NCBI GenBank assembly: GCA_025558095.1
Contig: JAIVFI010000001.1
Span: forward strand, 1,302,001-1,366,000
From: Hyaloraphidium curvatum SAG 235-1
Taxonomy: Eukaryota > Fungi > Monoblepharomycota
Direction: 5' to 3'
Length of the DNA: 64,000 nt
Shown here: piece by piece, positions 58,773-64,000 of the stretch
Position numbering within the stretch: the stretch's first letter is position 1
Layout: the number at the start of each line of letters is the position of its first letter
Position numbers and translations under genes: made by a program
Notes under the pieces: generated by a model
The model's input: only the letters and a program-made list of their open reading frames with translations
What the model was told of the DNA's origin: nothing
Database searches by the model: none

Positions 58773-59968
58773 TCAAGCCCCGGGAACCAGATTCGTGTCG
58801 TGCCAAGGGGCGGTGGGAACGCACTGCTTGATCACCCTTTCCATGCTCCTCTGCTCCTTCGGCCAGGCCTGGTTGGCCATGATCTCCAGGCACGCGCCGC
58901 AGATGGAGCCGCGCTTCATCAGGCACCTGGCAAGCACGTGGTCCGGGAGCTGCACGAGCTTCCATCCCCCGGCCCCCAGCACGCGGCAGATCCCGGGGGT
59001 CTCGTTCAGCTGCACGACGTCCACGCGGGTATCCTTGGGCAGGCCGAGGGGTGAGGCTTCGGATTCGACGGTGGCGCAAAGCACAGTGGAGATCCCGTCG
59101 CCCGTGCGCGCGAACCAGCGGTTCGGCTCGCCTTGGCCGCAGTTGAAGAAGCTCCACGCCGACCGCTTCTTCTTGGGCTCCTTGGGCGCCTTGGCGAGCG
59201 GGAGCGCCCGAAGGACCATGAGATCTTGGGGTGCGGACAGCTTCGGCGCCGGCAGGACCTCGCGGGAGATGACCTTGTCGTCGTGCGCCCGCACTCCGTT
59301 GATCTTCTTGAGCCGACCCCCGGGCAAGCCCTCTTTCGAATGGATGGCGGCCATGTACGAGTTGGTGGGGCCCGGGAAGCACGCCCAATCGGTCGACGCC
59401 GAAATGCTGCGGATCGAGCCGATGCAGTCTTCGCCGAGGCCCAGTGCGAGCCTCAAGGGATGGTCATGCACCGCGTACGTATAGAGGAACTCTTCCCGCC
59501 GTGCCGTCTTCGTACCGCGCGACCTGTCCAGACAACGAGGTAGAGCTCGACGTTCGACCGCGGACCGTTCGCCCCGCCGAAGAAAACGCTGCAGATCTTG
59601 ATAGTCGGGCCGGTTCCGGATCCGTGCGACGGAAAGAGGTTGATCACCGGGCACAGCGGCCTTGTGCTCCCGGTCGAGAAATGTCCGTCGGCATAGAGGT
59701 CAAACGGCCGGGCGAGCGCGGCGAAGACAAAGTCCAGCGCGCGGACCCAGAGCCCGCAGACGGCCTTGTGCCGCTGCCAATCGGCCCGCTGGCACTCCGC
59801 CCCGCAGTAGGCCACCATCTTGCAGCGGCCGCACGACTTGAGCCCGCGAACCTCCTTGCCGCACCAGCCGCACGCCCGAGGGAGCATGAGCTGGCGGCGG
59901 TCGATACAGTAGGTGATCGGCGGCGTGTTTGCGTTCAGCGCGGGGAGCGGCGGCGTGCTGGCGGCCAT
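58773..59968 (-). CDS. MYND zinc-finger protein split across two frames (frameshift or unrecognised intron near 59520)
   Basis: CGWC..LKSCGRCKMVAYCGAECQRADWQRHKAVC, continuing in ORF 58773-59654. Confidence 0.65.
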
Positions 59969-60091
59969 GGTTGCCGTGAGTGACCGATGACGTGTTGTCG
60001 GGCGTCCGGCTTGTTCACCTGATGGAAAATCGTCGAAGCTCCATGGCTCTGCAGCTGTACAGAAGCCGTTTCTCCACTACAACATTCCTCC

Positions 60092-60838
60092 TCATGACTC
60101 GGCTAGAGCGTTGTCAATCATTTGGAGAAGTTCGTCGCACCGGCCCGGCATCCGGCGGCGCGAGCATTCGGCCTCCAGCGCGGCACCTAGGGCCGCTGGA
60201 TCGGCCAGTTCGTCCTTCCGAATGACGAGCCGCTCTTCGGAGGGCAAGTGCCAGACAGAACCTGTCGTGAGGTGTAGCTTCGTGCTCTGTTCCATCCGGA
60301 ACAGCGGCTGAACATCAAAAGTGCCACGGTGGAAGAGCGAGGTCGGAATGGCGAGCTCAAAAGAGCCAGGCTCGCTGTCTGGGAGGGCGAGGGCAATGCC
60401 GAGGCGGCCGAGGGACTCCATCAGCGGAACGGTGTGGTCCAGTAGGGTTCCCGAGGGGCCCGCCGCGGTCCGGTACACCTCCCTGACGCGTCCTGCTTTC
60501 TCCGAGCTCGGCATCGTGCCATCGGCCAGATGCGGATCCGACACGATGAGCAGCTTCAAGTGTGTCCGCAAGACCAGTGCCACTATCACCGCCGAAGAGT
60601 TGCCGCGATCCCACAGGTTCGGAAGATACGCGGCGGCGCGGATCACGTCCAGTTGGGGATAGATTGCGGTCCAATCGGCAGTGCCGCCTACCGCCGTGGC
60701 AGCCGAGGCCGCGGCGGCGAATGACGCGCGTGCTTCTGCGGCGGACGCGGCCTCTTCGAGTGTCGGCAGCTCGGCGGCCGGGAGGGCCTTGAACCCGGCC
60801 AACGCGCCCGCGTGCACCGTAATGAGCACCTCCTTCAT
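60092..60838 (-). CDS. Hypothetical protein
   Basis: MKEVLITVHAG.. ~248 aa with protein-like composition; no family recognised. Confidence 0.45.
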   Translation of the reverse strand: MKEVLITVHAGALAGFKALPAAELPTLEEAASAAEARASFAAAASAATAVGGTADWTAIYPQLDVIRAAAYLPNLWDRGNSSAVIVALVLRTHLKLLIVSDPHLADGTMPSSEKAGRVREVYRTAAGPSGTLLDHTVPLMESLGRLGIALALPDSEPGSFELAIPTSLFHRGTFDVQPLFRMEQSTKLHLTTGSVWHLPSEERLVIRKDELADPAALGAALEAECSRRRMPGRCDELLQMIDNALAES

Positions 60839-60972
60839 GTTGCGGGCCTCTGGAAGCGCCCCTTGATAGAGATTCGCCCGGACCGGCGAGCACCGACCAG
60901 GCCCGCGAAATGGGACGGGCGACCCATGAGACTTCCGAATCTTGCTGCCTTTCCGGTCCTTCTTGCCGCGCA

Positions 60973-61362
60973 ATGGCGTCGGAAGACGCGTCTGTCGAGG
61001 CATTTGCTCGGCTGCAGGAACTTTCCGACGAGCTGCTCCTCCTCGTGGCCCTCTTTCTCCCGCTGGTCGACCCCTACTTCCTCCGGCTCGTTCGCCGCTC
61101 CGTCTCGCGCGCCGCCTTGCTGGCCTTCGAGGAGCGGATCCGGCGGTACTTGAAGGCAAAGAAGTCGTTGGAGCTCGCGAAGCTCCTGGAAAAGGTGCGC
61201 ACCACGGCGAACCAGCGGGCGCGTGGGCTGCCATCGTGCCTTGAACCGCAAAGCATGGGACGCCTCCTCCGGCAATGCGGTCTCGTGGCGGATTCCATGA
61301 CCGCATATATCATGCGCTGTCGCTTACGAATGAGGCCCTTGCCCTGGCCTCCACGGCCATAA
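60973..61362 (+). pseudogene. Truncated paralog of the F-box gene at 56219
   Basis: RLQELSDELLLLVALFLPLVDPYFLRLV..GRLLRQCGLVADSMTAYI aligns with RLDSLPSEL*LLITRYLPPVDLYFLRFA..GALLRRCGVAADSMAAYL. Confidence 0.6.
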
Positions 61363-61557
61363 ATGTCTTTGAAGTGGAACACCTGGCACGGGCTTTACTC
61401 CGTTGCCCTCTCACGTGACAGGCACAAGGATCTCTTTTCCACGACAGAAAGCGCATTGGACGGAGCACAAAACCGCCTGCAAGTAGTCTTCGATATCCTC
61501 TTGTGCGCTGGCGATCCTATTCTGAGCACTGAGCTTGAGGGAAGTACACCGCTTGTC

Positions 61558-62640
61558 CTAAACGGAAGCCAGGAAGCCGTGGAACGCCGCGCCGAACTCC
61601 TCCGGCTTCTCGACGAACGGCGTGTGCCCGCAATCCGCGATCTCCACCTCCTCGAACCGCGCCCCCGACGACCCCGCGTACTTGCGCAGCACCTCCCTGG
61701 TCTGCGCCTTCATAGGCTGGTCCGGGAACACGTCCTCGCCGGGGTAGCCCGGGATCAGCCCGGCCCTGCCGTGGGTCGCAAACTGCATCGGCCCGCCGCG
61801 GTCCGTGATGACCACGTCGTCGACCCCCTGGACCAGCAGCACCGGTGGCCCGGCTTTCAGCTGCATGATTGCACGGGCGTGCCGCGACATGTATAGCGCG
61901 CTCATGGCGTTGAACGCGCCGTGCTTGCCGGGTGCGAAGAAGGGCCAGTTGGCGCTGGGCAGCTTGTCGGCGGGGTCGTTGTGGCCCTCGATGCGGGCAG
62001 AGAGCAAACCCGACAGGAGCTCCTCCTCCCGTGGCGACCGGAACGGAGGCTTGAAGTAGAGGTTGTTGATGGCGAACCGGGGGGACCCCGGGACGTCGGA
62101 GCGGTCCTGCGTGTCGATCGCCTTGGCGAGGGCGGCCGTCGTAAAGCCCGCGCCCGCACCGGCGCCATCGGGGTAGTACAGCGTCCCGGCGACGTCCTTG
62201 GAGCCGCCGAAGCCGAACGGTGATGCTGGGCAAATCAGCGTGACCGAGAGCAGCCGTTCGGGGGCGCGCTCCAGCAGCGCGTAGCACACGGCGCCGCCGA
62301 ACGAGTGGCCGACTGCGTGGAATTTTGTGAGGCCGAGCGCGTCGGCGAGCGCGAGCGCGTCGTCGGCCCAGTCGAGGCAACCCCTCGTCGCGTCCGCCGG
62401 CCCGGGGAACTCGGTGTCGCCGAACCCGCGAAGGTCCGGCGCGATGCCGCGGAAGCCGGCCGGCAGCGCGAGCATCGTTTCCTCCCAGAACGTGGCCGAG
62501 CAGTTGTTGCCGTGGATGAAGAGCACCGGCACGCCGTCCGCCGTGCCGGCGAAGCGCGTGCAGACCGCCAGCCGCGGCGTCGCAACCATGCGGCAGGTGA
62601 TGCCGGGCAGCAGCGGGATGCGCGACGGCGGCGATGCCAT
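61558..62640 (-). CDS. Alpha/beta hydrolase, intronless, bacterial-type
   Basis: VLFIHGN, IAPDLRGFGDT, GHSFGG nucleophile elbow, CGHTPFVEKP. Confidence 0.9.
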   Translation of the reverse strand: MASPPSRIPLLPGITCRMVATPRLAVCTRFAGTADGVPVLFIHGNNCSATFWEETMLALPAGFRGIAPDLRGFGDTEFPGPADATRGCLDWADDALALADALGLTKFHAVGHSFGGAVCYALLERAPERLLSVTLICPASPFGFGGSKDVAGTLYYPDGAGAGAGFTTAALAKAIDTQDRSDVPGSPRFAINNLYFKPPFRSPREEELLSGLLSARIEGHNDPADKLPSANWPFFAPGKHGAFNAMSALYMSRHARAIMQLKAGPPVLLVQGVDDVVITDRGGPMQFATHGRAGLIPGYPGEDVFPDQPMKAQTREVLRKYAGSSGARFEEVEIADCGHTPFVEKPEEFGAAFHGFLASV

Positions 62641-63087
62641 ATCTGCGGAGACGGCGGTGCCTTCCAGGCGTTGACGGCGCCGCGTTTCGGGCGGAGGAAG
62701 AGAACGGCTGGTGTTTCTACGAGAAACCCCGCCCGCGACGGGAGACGTTCGGAAGCTGGAGGCATCACGAACACAATCAGGTGCAAGTTGAAGATTCATT
62801 GGATTGCTGGCAATCAGTTGCTCGAAAGGATCTAATCCAAGATGGGATGCTGCCACCGATCATTTGCGAGCTTGAGCGGATGCTGTTGGGAAGCACGAGG
62901 TTCGGGAAGGCCACGGAAGTAAGATTGCAAAGCCGGCGCTGACTGATTTCCATACCTCAATGATGGAAACCATTAGCAGGGAGGAGCAATGAATCGTCAA
63001 AATCGGTAATGAGGGCGGCGCCGGGACCTGGCGCGGGACCAAGGGCCCATTCCCTCTCAACCATCGAATCGACTTCGGTTCCTTGCG

Positions 63088-63881
63088 ATGCCCGCGGTCG
63101 GCGCCTACTCCGCCGTGCTCGTCGTCGCCAGCTGCGACGCCCGCGAATTCCCGCGCCCGCCGGGCCCGGCGGTGTACGTCGAGAGCGCCACCGGCGCCCC
63201 GTTCGCCGTGCGCGTTAAATCCGACGACCCGCGGCCCGTGACGGCGGACGTCTACGTCGACGGGAAATTCGCGCAGGGCCGGGTGCTGGAAGCCTCCGGG
63301 GAGTCGCTGGTCGATGGGGCGCTGGGCGCGGACAGGCGCGTGCGCCCGTTCCGGTTCGCGCGGCCGAAGCTGGTTGCCGACGGCGATGAGGGAGCGGACG
63401 AGCTGCTGGAGGCTCAGACGCGGGAGGGCTCCGAGGCCGGGCAGATCAGGGTGGGCTGCACCTGGCCGCCTCCTTGAATCCCCTAAGCTGTGCCCAGGTC
63501 GAGTTCTGGAGGTGGCGCGTCCGCTCGCGCGGTGCCCGGCGCCGCAACCCGGACCCAGACTCGGACGACGACTACGGGGGAGCACAGCAGGTGGCCCTGC
63601 ACGAGCGCGCCAAGAAGGGCGCGCTGCTCTCCCATACGACCGACTTTGACGACCCTCTCGACGAGGAACTGCCCCCCATCGACGGCGAGGTCGTCGGCGA
63701 CGAGCCGCTGGCGGTCGTCGCGTTCGAGTACCGGTCGCGGGGGCTGCTCGAGGCGTTGGGCGTGGACGTGGGCTCCAAAGGGGGCGTCAAGCGCGAGGGC
63801 GAGAGCGGGGGCGGCGGACCGGCGGGGAAGAAGCTGCGCGTGGAGCCGGGCGGGGTCATCGACCTGACGGGGGACGACTGA
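63088..63881 (+). CDS. Uncharacterised fungal-type protein; 2 exons
   Basis: YVESATGAPFAV..VYVDGK..RPFRFA | VEFWR..LHERAKKG..FEYRSRGLLEALG..VIDLTGDD, which resembles a widespread fungal domain of unknown function. Confidence 0.65.
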
Positions 63882-64000
63882 CGGATTCGCGGGCTGGATT
63901 CCCCGCCTTTTTGTCGAGATGGTACTGCCTTTCCGGGATCGTCCTGATGGGCAGCTTCGAAGCCAATGATAGGAACAGATGTATCTCCGTCGCAAGCTAT

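Overview
GC-rich, gene-dense eukaryotic DNA with many short (~50-80 nt) spliceosomal introns. Gene content and style suggest an early-diverging (chytrid-lineage) fungus; this is inference, not a database match. Housekeeping genes are D-lactate dehydrogenase, TXNDC17, a Clr3/Hda1-type HDAC, succinyl-CoA ligase beta, GDP-fucose synthase, PTPA, EDC3, SEM1, a SulP-STAS-cNMP transporter, a CMTR-like cap methyltransferase and an intron-containing tRNA-Gln. They are interspersed with lineage-expanded F-box and MYND genes and several bacterial-type enzymes. The standout is a lower-GC island (~2.3-6.1 kb) carrying a prokaryote-type McrB GTPase and McrC PD-(D/E)xK nuclease pair (type IV restriction-like). 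The pair is arranged head-to-head rather than as an operon, and McrB appears to be preceded by an NLS/F-box/LRR-like region in place of the bacterial DNA-sensing domain. Also notable: a near-perfect 451-bp inverted repeat ending in tRNA-Gln sequence that brackets an intronless GH27 alpha-galactosidase, an intact-ORF CRE-like RLE non-LTR retrotransposon, and a paralogous F-box pair ending in CaaX motifs. Exon boundaries were read by eye and are approximate.
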